Position numbers and translations under genes: made by a program. 64,000 nt of DNA from an uncultured cyanobacterium (lineage in GTDB: Bacteria > Cyanobacteriota > Cyanobacteriia > Cyanobacteriales > CAWUOF01), in contig CAVUSO010000001.1 of the NCBI GenBank assembly GCA_963744145.1, positions 6,368,001 through 6,432,000 of the forward strand, read 5' to 3'. This document shows positions 21,299-32,129 of this stretch, piece by piece (position 1 is the first letter of the stretch; every line of letters begins with the position of its first letter). The notes under the pieces were generated by a model. The model searched no databases, had not been told where the DNA came from, and worked only from the letters and a program-made list of their open reading frames with translations.

Positions 21299-22222
21299 TC
21301 AAATCAGATCGGGATCAATTCCTTGCGATCGCAAATAAGCTGCTAATCGCTCTTTCTGTTGTTGTTGGGCATTAGCTCGGGCTGTTTCAGCCTCAGCTCG
21401 AGCTGTTTCAGCCTCAGCTCGGGCCGCTTCAGCCTCAGCTCGGGCCGCTTCAGTCTTAGCTCGGGCCGCTTCAGTTTCAGCTCGGGCCGCTTCAGCTTCA
21501 GCCCGTTGACGTTCCTGTTCAGTATACAGACGTTCAAGTTTAGCCTGTTCACTACCAGTGAGTAATAAATTGCCTTGACTATCCCACCAACGTAACCAGT
21601 GAGTAGTCTGATTTTGATAGCTACCTTCCCACACTCCTAATTCGATTCCCATCAGGTCAATTGGGTAATGTCCCCGCTCATTTGGTTGCAAACGGTGATA
21701 ACGAGTATTCACCCAGTTATAAACTTCCAATTCCCTGGTTTTGATGATGTATATGGCATAGTAGGGAATCCGAATAATCTGCTCATATACCCAAAACTTC
21801 CCAGGTTTTTGATTGCTCCGTTCGGGTAAACGAGATAGGGGAGTATTGTCTCGTTCTTCTGCACCATTTCCACTGGCTAATTCGATCGCGATTAAGGGCA
21901 CACTATATTCGCGCCATAATACATAGGAACGGCGAACTTGACCATCTAATAGGGGTGGAACGTTAGGTACATAGAACCAATCCGGTGCTTCCGCTCCCCG
22001 TTCCGGAGGATCTGTTTCTCTCCAATAAATCCCACTATCTTGTCCGATCGCATATTGACCATCTGGATGGAGAGTTTGTAATGTAGTTTCCAGAGAGTCA
22101 GTCAGCAAGATACATTGGGGATGTTCTTGAAAGTTTTTCACGAAAGTGCCGTCAGATTCAGGTAATTGGGTATGATCGGGAAAAGGAGGGGGTAATATAG
22201 TGGGGTCAAGACTTATGCCCAT
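21299..22222 (-). CDS. Uma2-family (DUF820) endonuclease with heptad-repeat tail, copy 1
   Basis: PDHTQLPESDG, APDWFYV, IELAS, KFWVYEQ, WLRWWD; C-terminal AEAEAAR repeats. Confidence 0.9.
   Translation of the reverse strand: MGISLDPTILPPPFPDHTQLPESDGTFVKNFQEHPQCILLTDSLETTLQTLHPDGQYAIGQDSGIYWRETDPPERGAEAPDWFYVPNVPPLLDGQVRRSYVLWREYSVPLIAIELASGNGAEERDNTPLSRLPERSNQKPGKFWVYEQIIRIPYYAIYIIKTRELEVYNWVNTRYHRLQPNERGHYPIDLMGIELGVWEGSYQNQTTHWLRWWDSQGNLLLTGSEQAKLERLYTEQERQRAEAEAARAETEAARAKTEAARAEAEAARAEAETARAEAETARANAQQQQKERLAAYLRSQGIDPDLI
21374..21499. repeat. Six 21-bp tandem repeats encoding AEAE(A/T)AR heptads
   Basis: Consensus AGCTCGGGCCGCTTCAGCCTC. Confidence 0.9.
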
Positions 22223-22359
22223 AGTTCTTAGCTATCCACAACAGGAATGACTAGATGCTTGATTTAAGTATAATAGAAACAATCAAGCTGCGAACGCATA
22301 TTGGGACAGATGGGATCTTTTTAATGCAGCATTTGCAACTACTACTATAGATGACTGTT

Positions 22360-22605
22360 TTAGATAACTTCTGCTAGGGGACGAACGGTGAGAATTTCAT
22401 CATTTCTCAAAGGTTTAATCGCAGAAATAGGAACGATGACAACACCAATCGATTCACCAGTAGCACCGAAGATTTCTAAAACGCTTCCTTGTTCACCGTC
22501 GCTAGGATGAGGGATATAATCAATTAGTGTAGCAACATCACCTTTTTTGAGATGGTGTTCAGGAAAGTCACAATTTAGTGAAACTCGTTGATAGAGGTCA
22601 ATCAT
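22360..22605 (-). CDS. DUF4926 family protein
   Basis: LYQRVSL..D..EH.LKKGDVATLID...LEIF pattern; overlaps the upstream gene. Confidence 0.75.
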   Translation of the reverse strand: MIDLYQRVSLNCDFPEHHLKKGDVATLIDYIPHPSDGEQGSVLEIFGATGESIGVVIVPISAIKPLRNDEILTVRPLAEVI

Positions 22606-22984
22606 TTTTTGGTTTCTCCTTTTTTTTGGGTTTAAGTGTTATGAACTGAAATTTGCCATCATTTTTCCGGTTTAGCCAAATTGTAATTACTGATAAGTTT
22701 CTGTTGTTGATACCGATTAATTCTCCTTCCACACGATAAAAAGCTCCATATTCGTTAGTTGTATCTTCGATCGCTTCAACGATATCTGCTAATTGACGGA
22801 CAGCCAATTTTAATTGTTCAGGGTTATCTTGTGTAAATCCAGCTTGCGCGAGAAACTTTGATTTGTCATCTTGTTCTCTGGGAACTAACAAGTAGTGAGT
22901 TACTTTATCATCGGGTATAATAGCATCGATCGGAATTTTCATTGTTAGTTGGCGATTAATGCCGATCATTTCTGATTGTAACAA
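22598..22984 (-). CDS. DUF6883 family protein (start more likely 22942)
   Basis: AIIPDDKVTHYLL...DKSKFLAQAGF...YG..YRVEG.L.G...VITIW...FITL pattern; typical partner of DUF4926. Confidence 0.7.
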   Translation of the reverse strand: MLQSEMIGINRQLTMKIPIDAIIPDDKVTHYLLVPREQDDKSKFLAQAGFTQDNPEQLKLAVRQLADIVEAIEDTTNEYGAFYRVEGELIGINNRNLSVITIWLNRKNDGKFQFITLKPKKKEKPKND

Positions 22985-23000
22985 CTGGGGAGAGGAATCG

Positions 23001-23249
23001 CTAAAGATACCCCCGAAACGCTGGATGAATTGCTTCCATAATAGCTGTTGCCGAACCTACTTTATGAGATAAAATTGCTAGGTCTTCGAGAAGATTAGAA
23101 AATTTTCTGTCTAAATCGCTAAACTCCGTGTCGTCAATAGCTTTTGAAGATATTTCTATTTCATCGCATTTTTCCCGTATTTGACGCACCATCCCCTGAA
23201 ACTCTTCAACCGAACCTTTTAAACCTGATGGTAATGATGAATATGACAT
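23001..23249 (-). CDS. Small all-helical protein, 82 aa
   Basis: GGAG RBS; two amphipathic helices; 30 nt downstream of the FtsK-like gene. Confidence 0.7.
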   Translation of the reverse strand: MSYSSLPSGLKGSVEEFQGMVRQIREKCDEIEISSKAIDDTEFSDLDRKFSNLLEDLAILSHKVGSATAIMEAIHPAFRGYL

Positions 23250-23278
23250 TTGACTAACTCCACAACTTTTGTGACACT

Positions 23279-25327
23279 TTAAATTTTAGCACGAATTTTG
23301 CTCCAGAGAGTTTTATCTACTGGGATGCAAGCATCTGGAATTTCTATCTTAGGGGTATTGACATACATAGTACCTTCGTTTCCTCTCCAAATTGCTCTAC
23401 CGCATCCAGAATTGCCAATGGGAATCTTGGTAGCAGCAGAAAAAAGATTACCTAATACTGAATCTCCAGCATCTTCCGACACTCTAAATATGATTCTTTC
23501 ATCTAATTGGCTAGTAACTTGGGCGCTAATTAAACCAGCTTTTGGTGTCTGCGTACAATACATTAAATGAATTCCAAATGCACGTCCTTTACGAGCATAT
23601 TCTTCTAATTTTCCTTCAATTGCATCTCGCATCTTTGAAGTTTTGGAGTTTATAGGTATGTCAGCAGCTTCATCCACCACAAGTAAGATACGCTGTACAT
23701 TCACACCAGACTTTTGTAATTGTTCTATATTTGAAACGCGCTCTTCATTTAGTAAAGTCTGACGTTTTTGATAATCCTCAGAATAGATTGTCTCTAGTAA
23801 TTTTTGAGCTTCTTCCATATCATTGACTAGCTTGACGTTTTCTTTCAATAATTCTATTTCTTTATAAAAATGAAAGTCTACCTTTTTAAAATCAAAAATA
23901 TACACCTTACGTTCTGGATTTGCATATAAAAACTGAAACATTACCCAGTGAAGAAAATTTGTTTTTCCAGATCCATTAACCCCAGCTACTAAACGATGAG
24001 CTATTGCATTCCACTCAGAGCAGACAATACTCCCATCGTCGTTCATACCAATAATATACTTGTCTTCAGTAATTTCATAGCTGTACTGGCTGAATATTTC
24101 TTCAGCAGTCGGTTTAATAAAACTAGGTTGTTCTTGAGGAATACCAGGTACTGGGTCATCTCCTGAAACTACTATGCGAAAAAGACTGCTAATTTCTTGG
24201 GGAGTTACTAATCGATGTAGCAATTTTAATGCACTTGGATTAGTTGAAACCTTATTGCTATCGGGGGAACTTTCAAAATACTTTCCTAATGACCAGGAAT
24301 CATTACTTTTGACAATTTCACCACTAGATGATAGAAGATTTTCATCACGTAGAGGCTCTGTCTCAGGTAATCTGATAATATCGCGATTTGAGTTCTGAGA
24401 TTGAGATGCTCTTTTAGTTATTTGTTGCTCAAAATCACTTTTCCATTCGCTCCTTTCAATATCGGTGAAAAGCTCTACGTTTTTAGTTGCCATTAAACTT
24501 TTATTAAAATCTTCACTTCCTCGCTTTAGGATAAACCTGTGATACTTTTGTCCATAATTATCATCTTTGAAAGCATTTTGTATTAAAGCTTTAATCACTA
24601 AATCTATATGGTCACTAGACTCAGATAAGATTCTTATACTGTACTTGAATAAATTTCTATCATGGGTAACGTAGGAGTTTAAATACTGGTTATAAATATC
24701 TTTAGCGATATTAAGTTCGTTAGTGATTATATGCGTGTTGTAATATCTGGAAGTGTTTTGTTCTATCTCTCTAAAAGTTTGTTTAATTGTAGTTTTGATT
24801 GATTCTTTATCACAATTGCTGCAAGTTTGTAGGGTGAATTCTATAATTAATTTTTTATCCAATACGTTTAATTGTTTGCACAGGGATAACATATCATGAT
24901 CTAGGTATGGTTGAAATAAGTATGGTATGTAATATCCTTGATTTTTAGGGAATTTTTCATCTTTAATAATTTCGCAGATCACATCCACCCAATCTTCTAG
25001 TTGGTGTATCAAATCAGGTTGATCTTTGACAGATTGAAATTTATATAATTCTCTCAAACTAATATCATTGGTCAGAATATTAAAGGCTGACTTTACCTTT
25101 ACATTATCACCATCAGCATGATTAATACTCAAATAAATTTTGAGTCGCTGTTTAACATCTTTTGTGGGGTTGTAAACGTAGCGAAGAGAAACTACCAAGT
25201 TAGCAAACTGTTTTGGATCGCTGAGGGATTCCAATAAATTTTGCTGCTCTTTTATAACCTTACTACGCTTGGAACCAAGGTTGCGAAGTTCTGGAATTTG
25301 AAGGTGTAAGGGTGCAATATTAGTCAT
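23279..25327 (-). CDS. FtsK/SpoIIIE-like P-loop ATPase with a large unknown N-terminal domain and no TM segment
   Basis: HRLVAGVNGSGKT Walker A, IFDFK, LLVVDEAAD Walker B, RKGRAFGIHLMYCTQ arginine finger and Q motif, GRAI. Confidence 0.85.
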   Translation of the reverse strand: MTNIAPLHLQIPELRNLGSKRSKVIKEQQNLLESLSDPKQFANLVVSLRYVYNPTKDVKQRLKIYLSINHADGDNVKVKSAFNILTNDISLRELYKFQSVKDQPDLIHQLEDWVDVICEIIKDEKFPKNQGYYIPYLFQPYLDHDMLSLCKQLNVLDKKLIIEFTLQTCSNCDKESIKTTIKQTFREIEQNTSRYYNTHIITNELNIAKDIYNQYLNSYVTHDRNLFKYSIRILSESSDHIDLVIKALIQNAFKDDNYGQKYHRFILKRGSEDFNKSLMATKNVELFTDIERSEWKSDFEQQITKRASQSQNSNRDIIRLPETEPLRDENLLSSSGEIVKSNDSWSLGKYFESSPDSNKVSTNPSALKLLHRLVTPQEISSLFRIVVSGDDPVPGIPQEQPSFIKPTAEEIFSQYSYEITEDKYIIGMNDDGSIVCSEWNAIAHRLVAGVNGSGKTNFLHWVMFQFLYANPERKVYIFDFKKVDFHFYKEIELLKENVKLVNDMEEAQKLLETIYSEDYQKRQTLLNEERVSNIEQLQKSGVNVQRILLVVDEAADIPINSKTSKMRDAIEGKLEEYARKGRAFGIHLMYCTQTPKAGLISAQVTSQLDERIIFRVSEDAGDSVLGNLFSAATKIPIGNSGCGRAIWRGNEGTMYVNTPKIEIPDACIPVDKTLWSKIRAKI

Positions 25328-28115
25328 TAATACCTCTTCCAGTAATCTAGAATGCTTACAGCATTTTTTAACCTTTTAGATTTTACTTCTAAATTTCGTG
25401 CTTTAAACTTTTTATATCCATCAGAAATGGCAATCAATATAGGTATATAAAATACAAGTATAAGACCTATTTGAAGCCAGTAAGCTATATTTTTAATATT
25501 AGTAATAGCTATATGAATACACAGAGGCACATATAAAAATATAACCCATATACAAATCATGACATAACGGTTTGCAGATTTTAATACTACTGATAATATT
25601 GTAGCTATTATAAATGATATGCTCGATATTACCGTTGTCTCATTTAGAAATGATATTAAATATATTAAAAATGCTAAAAATGCTAAAAATACCATTATGT
25701 TTAAAAGTCTTGGATCACGCGGCGTTAAATCACAAATTTGAATATCTAAGCTGCTTATAAGGCTATCCACATTGTCCTCTATCACTTCCTTAAAATTAAT
25801 TAATTGCTTATTTAGTTGACTACAATTATTATATGTATTTGGGTTACAGGTTTTAATTATTTTACTGTTATTATTAGCTATTATTTTCCTATAAACTCCT
25901 CTATCAATCTTTTTGATACTATCAATTGTTGTAGATATTAATTTACAATTTTCTGTAATTAAATTTTGATAATTTATTATGGAAGTAATTTTATCATTTA
26001 GAGTATTAATATATTGAGATAAATGTTTTGTATAAGCTGTGAATTTAGATGATAATAAATTGCTTACCTTGCTTGAATGAGCATCACAAGCTGATACAGC
26101 ACTCGAAAAAATATGATTAATTTTTTCGGCATTTTTCTGCTTTCCCTTAATATTTGCATTTCTTATTTTAAGTTCAATGTCTGGAATACTTAAAGAGTTT
26201 AATTCCATTTCTTCTAGAATAAACACCTTCCTACAGATCAGATTCGTAAATTCTATTAATTTCTCATCCAATTGAACATATTTATTATATGTACTTGGTT
26301 CTGAATCTTTAATTAATGTATAATTGCTGTTTGCTTGCAGATCGTTAGAAATCTCACTATTAACCGTCTCTAAATTACTAACTATTGTCAATATTAATTG
26401 ACGATTTTTTTATAAACAACTCTTGAAAATTTTCAAGAGATTTTACTTGATTTTCAAGACGATTGATATATTCATTTAAACTATTAAGGTAATTATCTAG
26501 GTTAGATAAAAATAGGCTTTTAACTTGATTTTTTATTTTATATTTATTAGTATTACAATCTGATAAAGCACTTGAAAAAATACCGTAAATTTCTTCTCTA
26601 CGCTTCTTAATATTTAAGATTTCAGATTCAATTTCCGAAATATTTAAAGAGTTTAATTCCAGTTCTTCCAGAATAAATACCTTTCTATAGATCAGATTCG
26701 TAAATTCTATTAATTCCTCATCCACATCCAATTGAACATACTCATTATATGTACTTGGTTCTGAACCTTCAATCAATCTATAATAGCTGCTCGTTCGCAG
26801 ATTTTTATATACTTCACTATCAAACACCTTTAAATTACTAACTATTGTAAATATCAATTGGCGATTTTTTATAAATAACTCTTGAAGACTTTCTACAGAT
26901 TCTAATTTATTTTCAAGACGATTGATATATTCATCTAGAGTTCTTACGTGATTCTTTAGATTGGATGAAAATATGTTTTTTACCTGATTTTTTTTCTTGA
27001 TTGGTTACCTCATATTCATGAGTATTACAAGCTGATAAAGCACTTGAAAAAATACCGTTAATTTCTTTTCTATATTTATTAATATTTACTATTTCACATT
27101 TAATTTCTAGAATACTTAAAGAATTTAATTCTAGTTCTTCCAGACTAAAATTAAATAACAGTGCTTCAAGAATAGATAATGATTTATCATCGAGTTTTTG
27201 CTTATATGGTGTTAATATATGAATAAGCCTATTTCTAAATTTTTCTTCTGAATATTGGAGAAAATTAGAAATTTCTGTAAAGATTGGGGATAAATTAATC
27301 TGATCAGCAACAATTATAGGAAGTAGTTGAAGTGATTCTTCTATAACTATGTAATTATTTTCACTGTTTAATCCATTCTTAACTCCTCTTAAAAAGAGGG
27401 GTTTTAATACGTCTTGAACCAGAGATTTATAATCTTCTGAGCGTAATTTATAATTTTCTGAGCGTAATGGTAGGCTGAATAATTCCCAAATTGGCCCATA
27501 CATCCAAAAATCAAGGTAGTCTTGATATTGTGTACTGAAAACGCTACCAGTGTAATTAACACGCAAAATTGGTCTATTATTACTATTAAGTGGCTCAACT
27601 TGCTCCTCAATCATTTTTTGGTAAAGCCGAGGTGCATTTATTCCCACAGGAATTGAATAATTCTTACCCTGCTTTTTCCATTCTTCATCGTACCAAATTG
27701 ATCTGATTACAGAAAGAGCTGACAGTCTGATTAGGGGAGTTTCTCCATGTATAGCTTCATGCTTTAGTACAGTCAATAAATTTTGGCTGACATCATTGCT
27801 TAATGCAGCGATCGCGCTCTTTTTGACCAGATCAGGAATTTTACCAAATGCTTGAATCACTAAGGCACGAATGAGATAATTCTCATGTCCTCTTCTATCA
27901 GATTCAGATATATCTTTTCCTAAAATTCCATGATTAGGGATGTCCAACACTTCAAAAAATGGATCTAGTCCACACTTTCTTAATGTTGCATCAATTATGT
28001 CTAGTTTTTTCCAAGGTTCAGATGCTATAGTGAGGGCGAGAATTAGTTCATCGCGATCGCATCTTATGGGCTGAGGAGTGCTGTCCCATTGTGATGTCCG
28101 CTGAAGATTGTCCAT
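25327..28115 (-). pseudogene. Single ~928-aa protein (helical N-domain, three ~153-aa repeats, 3-4 C-terminal TM helices) split into three ORFs by two +1 poly-A frameshifts
   Basis: ORFs 26931-28115, 26378-26857 and 25327-26391 share the repeat (LEELELNSLSI.EI...IFSSALSAC). Removing one T from the runs at 26988-26995 and 26405-26411 gives 2787 nt = 929 codons in a single frame with colinear repeats. Confidence 0.8.
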
Positions 28116-28309
28116 ACTATCTGGTGTTTATAGGGGCATAGCAGCAGGGGTTGTTTCTTTTATTGACCCTGGTTTAATCTAAAATAGATGTGATAAAAGT
28201 ATTGTAGCCAGATTTATTCGTTTTGTCTATCTTGAGCATCCACCCTTGTCCATGCTCATCAACGATTAGAGGTGATGCGATCGCCATGTCTAGCTGGACT
28301 TAAATATAA

Positions 28310-28425
28310 AGTATTTTTGGGGATCTCGGCGTAGAACTGGGCGAAGCATTCGGGGATAAGATTAACCGTTTTATTGTTCAATTGTCGCCCGCTATGCCTC
28401 CGGCACGCTACGCGAACGCCCCTAC
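28310..28425. repeat. MITE/REP remnant with nested mini-element
   Basis: GGGCGAAGCATTCGG arm and inverted arm CGCCCCTAC, as in the MITEs at 11200 and 48774. Confidence 0.65.
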
Positions 28426-28657
28426 AGGTAAAATTGCTCTCATGTGCGATTAGACGTGATGCGATCGCTCCTCCGATCCCAAAAAACTGTTAGGTAACAA
28501 ATCGACTTGCTTACACGACCACTTGATGAATTAATCGCAATGGTAGAAACTGGTTTGCAAGAGCAACGTCTGGCTAGACTTCAAGGTCAAGGTCAAGGTC
28601 AAGCAGCAGAGACTATTAAGCGGTAACAGAAAAAGTGAAACCCATTAGATTAACTAA

Positions 28658-28850
28658 TCATGCGAAATGTTGAAAATTTTTCACAAAGGTGCCGTCGGAT
28701 TCAGGTAATTTGGTATGATCGGGAAAAGAAGGAGGTAATATGGTCGGGTCAAGACTTCTGCCCATAGTTCTTAGCTATCCACAACAGGAATGACTAGATG
28801 CTTGATTTAAGTATAGCAATTTGAGATTGATCAGCTCGATCAGGTTTAAT
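28658..28850 (-). pseudogene. 5' remnant of a Uma2 gene (copy 2) plus conserved leader
   Basis: MGRSLDPTILPPSFPDHTKLPESDGTFVKNFQHFA* at 28658-28765, followed by the same leader as copies 1, 3 and 4. Confidence 0.85.
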
Positions 28851-28965
28851 AGGTTTTGGCAATTCTGGTTTGACAAAGTTTTTTTTCAGATTAGTTTCAG
28901 GAACTGGCTACACCCAATAGTTATTGACGCGATTGGAATTAATGAGATTAAGGAGGAATTTCTAG

Positions 28966-29442
28966 ATGGGAACCTATTATGGATTAGGAGTAGTGAAAAA
29001 TTTTGAAACTAGAACTAGCACTGAATTGACCACCCAAGAATTAGAAACCGCTGTGAACGAAAGGCTTAATCTTGACTTGTTTGATGTAACAATTACCAAT
29101 CATCAGTTGCATGGGACACTGAAAGCAAATTTATTCCAAGATCATGTGGAAGATTTTTTTAGCAAATTGCAAGCAATTGTGACAAGGAGTTCGGTTAAAT
29201 TCTATTGGGAGGAGTTTGGAAATGATATTGACCAATATCCTTATGAGCATTGCACTCTTAAGTTCTCTGATGCTCAGAATCATCAGATTACTATCAACAT
29301 GGGAGTAGTTTTTCTATTTTTTGAAGGTAAAGTTTCTGTGGAGGAATTTGACTTAGAACCATCCCTGATGAATTGGTTATTTCGACACAGTAATTTTGAT
29401 AATATCCTAGCTGGAGCAATTATGAGTGATATTATTGGTTGA
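28966..29442 (+). CDS. Hypothetical acidic protein, 158 aa
   Basis: Strong AAGGAGG RBS; no recognised family. Confidence 0.7.
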   Translation: MGTYYGLGVVKNFETRTSTELTTQELETAVNERLNLDLFDVTITNHQLHGTLKANLFQDHVEDFFSKLQAIVTRSSVKFYWEEFGNDIDQYPYEHCTLKFSDAQNHQITINMGVVFLFFEGKVSVEEFDLEPSLMNWLFRHSNFDNILAGAIMSDIIG

Positions 29443-29551
29443 TGCGGTGAATTGTGGAATATTAGAAGACAATTTGCTTGTTCAGGAGAAACCAATGCAA
29501 TGAACAAGCGATTTCTTCGGAAAGCTTGGCTAGAGTACCCTATTTCAATAC

Positions 29552-30328
29552 TCAAATTAGATCGGGATCGATTCCTTGCGATCGCAAATAAGCAGCCAAT
29601 CGTTCTTTCTGTTGCTGTTCTCGATCAGCCCGTTGACGTTCAAGTTTAGCTTGTTCACTGCCAGTTAGCAACAAATTGCCTTGACTATCCCACCAACGTA
29701 ACCAGCGCTGGGTCTGATTTTGATAGCTACCTTCCCACACTCCTAATTCGATTCCCATCAGGTCAATTGGGTAATGTCCCCGCTCATTCGGCTGTAAACG
29801 GTGATAACGAGTATTCACCCAGTTGTATACTTCCAATTCACTGGTTTTGATGATATATATCGCATAGTAAGGAATCCGAATAATCTGCTCATATACCCAA
29901 AATTTCCCAGGTTTCTGATTGCTCCTTTCCGATGAACGAGATAGGGGAGTATTGTCTCGTTCTTCGGCACCATTTCCACTCGCTAATTCGATCGCGATTA
30001 AGGGTACACTATATTCGCGCCAGATCACATAAGAACGGCGAATTTGACCATCTAATAGAGGTGGAACATTAGGAACATAGAACCAATCCGGTGCTTCCGC
30101 TCCCCGTTCCGGAGGATCTGTTTCTCGACCATAGATACCACTATCTTGTCCGATCGCATATTAACCATCTGGATGGAGAGTTTGTAATGTAGTTTCCAGA
30201 GAGTCAGTCAGCAAGATACATTGGGGATGTTCTTGAAAGTTTTTCACGAAAGTGCCGTCGGATTCAGGTAATTGAGTATGATCGGGAAAAGGAGGGGGTA
30301 AGATGGTAGGATCAAGACTTTGGACCAT
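29552..30328 (-). pseudogene. Uma2-family endonuclease copy 3, nonsense mutation
   Basis: Near-identical to copies 1 and 4; CAA>TAA at 30161-30163; no heptad repeats in the tail. Confidence 0.9.
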
Positions 30329-30451
30329 AGTTCTTAGTTATCCACAACAGGAATGACTAGATGCTTGATTTAAGTATAGCAATTTGAGATTGAGCAGTTT
30401 GCTCAGGTTTAATATCTATAATATATACCTATAACTCAAAATCTACAGTCT

Positions 30452-31534
30452 ATGAAATATCCTGAAGAAAACCTGGCAAAAGATTTATACTATGAGCTAT
30501 CTCAGCATTTTGCTGATCGAACTCCTTTAATAGAATATAAAATTCAGGGATGTGGTGTTCACTGGCTTTGTACTGTTAAGCAAAATGATAACTTTTGTTC
30601 TATAGACTGTTTCCACGAACGGGATGGGATAGAATACTGTATATCTTTTGAGCGGAATGCTGAGAAAATTGCTGAGGGACGGACATCTGCTAAATTTGAA
30701 GCTATTCATGCAGTTGATGACTGGGTTCAAGGAAGTGAACTTTCTATTCTTTATGATAAATTTTTGTTTGTTGATCGAAACAAACGAGATATTTTTGATG
30801 TCCGTGATGATTTGGTAGCCAATTTTCCGGAGTTATCTCCATTAGCAGAGATCGAAGAGAAGTCAAGTCATTTCTGTCAGCTTTGGTTTAAATGGGATGA
30901 TCGACTAGCTCATATTACATTTGGTGATATTAATAAAGAAACGCTCAATATAGATTTCTATTGGGATAAAAGTAGTATCCTATTCAATACCAAAAACTGC
31001 GATCGCAAGCTGTTGGCAAAAATTCTCAAACGATGGGTTTATGATCGCGCTTTACCATCGGTAATCAGAACAGAATTTCCATCTGTCGAGATTAGTAAGC
31101 TTGCTGATTTTTATGAGCAAGGTAATCCAATTGAAGGTGAATTCCTAGAAAGTTGGGACTCAATTGAAAAGTTTTATGAGTCCATGTCTGGATTTTATGG
31201 TGAATTACTCAATCCCATGATTGAATTAGTAAAATCTATCAGAAAAGAAAATTATGATCGGCAGCTTAGAGCTGGACAATCAATGTTATTCTTATGTTTG
31301 AGCCGATCGCAATCTCATGGAGCATTAGGTGTAAATTACTTAGTTTTTGCAGGTGAGAATAACAGTTATGAAATTAATGGAGAAGAGAAAATAAGTCAAA
31401 GTTTGCAAGTTACTTATTATGCTAATGGTGCGATCGCTGAAAAATTGGTAGAAAATGAGATTGCGCTAACTAATCCAATCAGAAAACTGTTACAAAAATT
31501 GTCAGAGCAACTAATTTATATATGTTCGATGTGA
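30452..31534 (+). CDS. Hypothetical protein, 360 aa
   Basis: Long ORF divergent from Uma2 copy 3; its 5' end is duplicated at 40871-40986. Confidence 0.75.
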   Translation: MKYPEENLAKDLYYELSQHFADRTPLIEYKIQGCGVHWLCTVKQNDNFCSIDCFHERDGIEYCISFERNAEKIAEGRTSAKFEAIHAVDDWVQGSELSILYDKFLFVDRNKRDIFDVRDDLVANFPELSPLAEIEEKSSHFCQLWFKWDDRLAHITFGDINKETLNIDFYWDKSSILFNTKNCDRKLLAKILKRWVYDRALPSVIRTEFPSVEISKLADFYEQGNPIEGEFLESWDSIEKFYESMSGFYGELLNPMIELVKSIRKENYDRQLRAGQSMLFLCLSRSQSHGALGVNYLVFAGENNSYEINGEEKISQSLQVTYYANGAIAEKLVENEIALTNPIRKLLQKLSEQLIYICSM

Positions 31535-32129
31535 CAAAAATAGGGGCAAAATTAGCTTGCCCCTAAAAGAATCAGTTTACACACCCTCAGCAATAATTCT
31601 TTGGAATTGATTGACTAAGTGGCTTTGTAATTCGGCAAAATCTTCGATCGCTTTTTCTAATTGAGTTTGACGTACCCGTTTTAAAGTTGGGTTTTGGATT
31701 TTTTCTGCTTCAATCATTAAGACCTCCATCCGGGCAATAAATTCAGAGAATATCTGATCTAAATTGCATTCTAGTTCTAATTTTTTCTCCATTAAGAAAG
31801 CGGCTGTGGAACTGCGGATTGCAGCTTTTTCGCGGACTAAATATTGATTACAGTGTTCGGTTAGGGATTGAATTTGGGTTTCTCGGACTTTTGCTAAAGC
31901 ACGACGACGAAATTCAAATTCATCTTTAATTAAGGCTAATTCTCCTTGAACTGCTGCCCGAGTTCCTGCGTCGGGTAAAAAGCGTTGTAAAAAACCTTGG
32001 CGTTTTTCCATGACATGATCAATTGCTGCTTGAGCATGATCGTTAATCCGACCAATGGGAGCTGCTGTATGTTGGAGTTCGCTACCTTTTGCCATTAAGC
32101 TATTAATCTGATAGGAATTAGGGTTAGAC

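Noticed and set aside
21343..21565. Repetitive ORFs (LKRPELR / FSLSSGR), and likewise 39775-40068
   Set aside because: Alternative frames of the 21-bp Uma2 tail repeats.
28495..28626. Short open frame ending RLQGQGQGQAAETIKR with a CAAGGT x3 microsatellite
   Set aside because: Probable gene remnant with no identifiable family.
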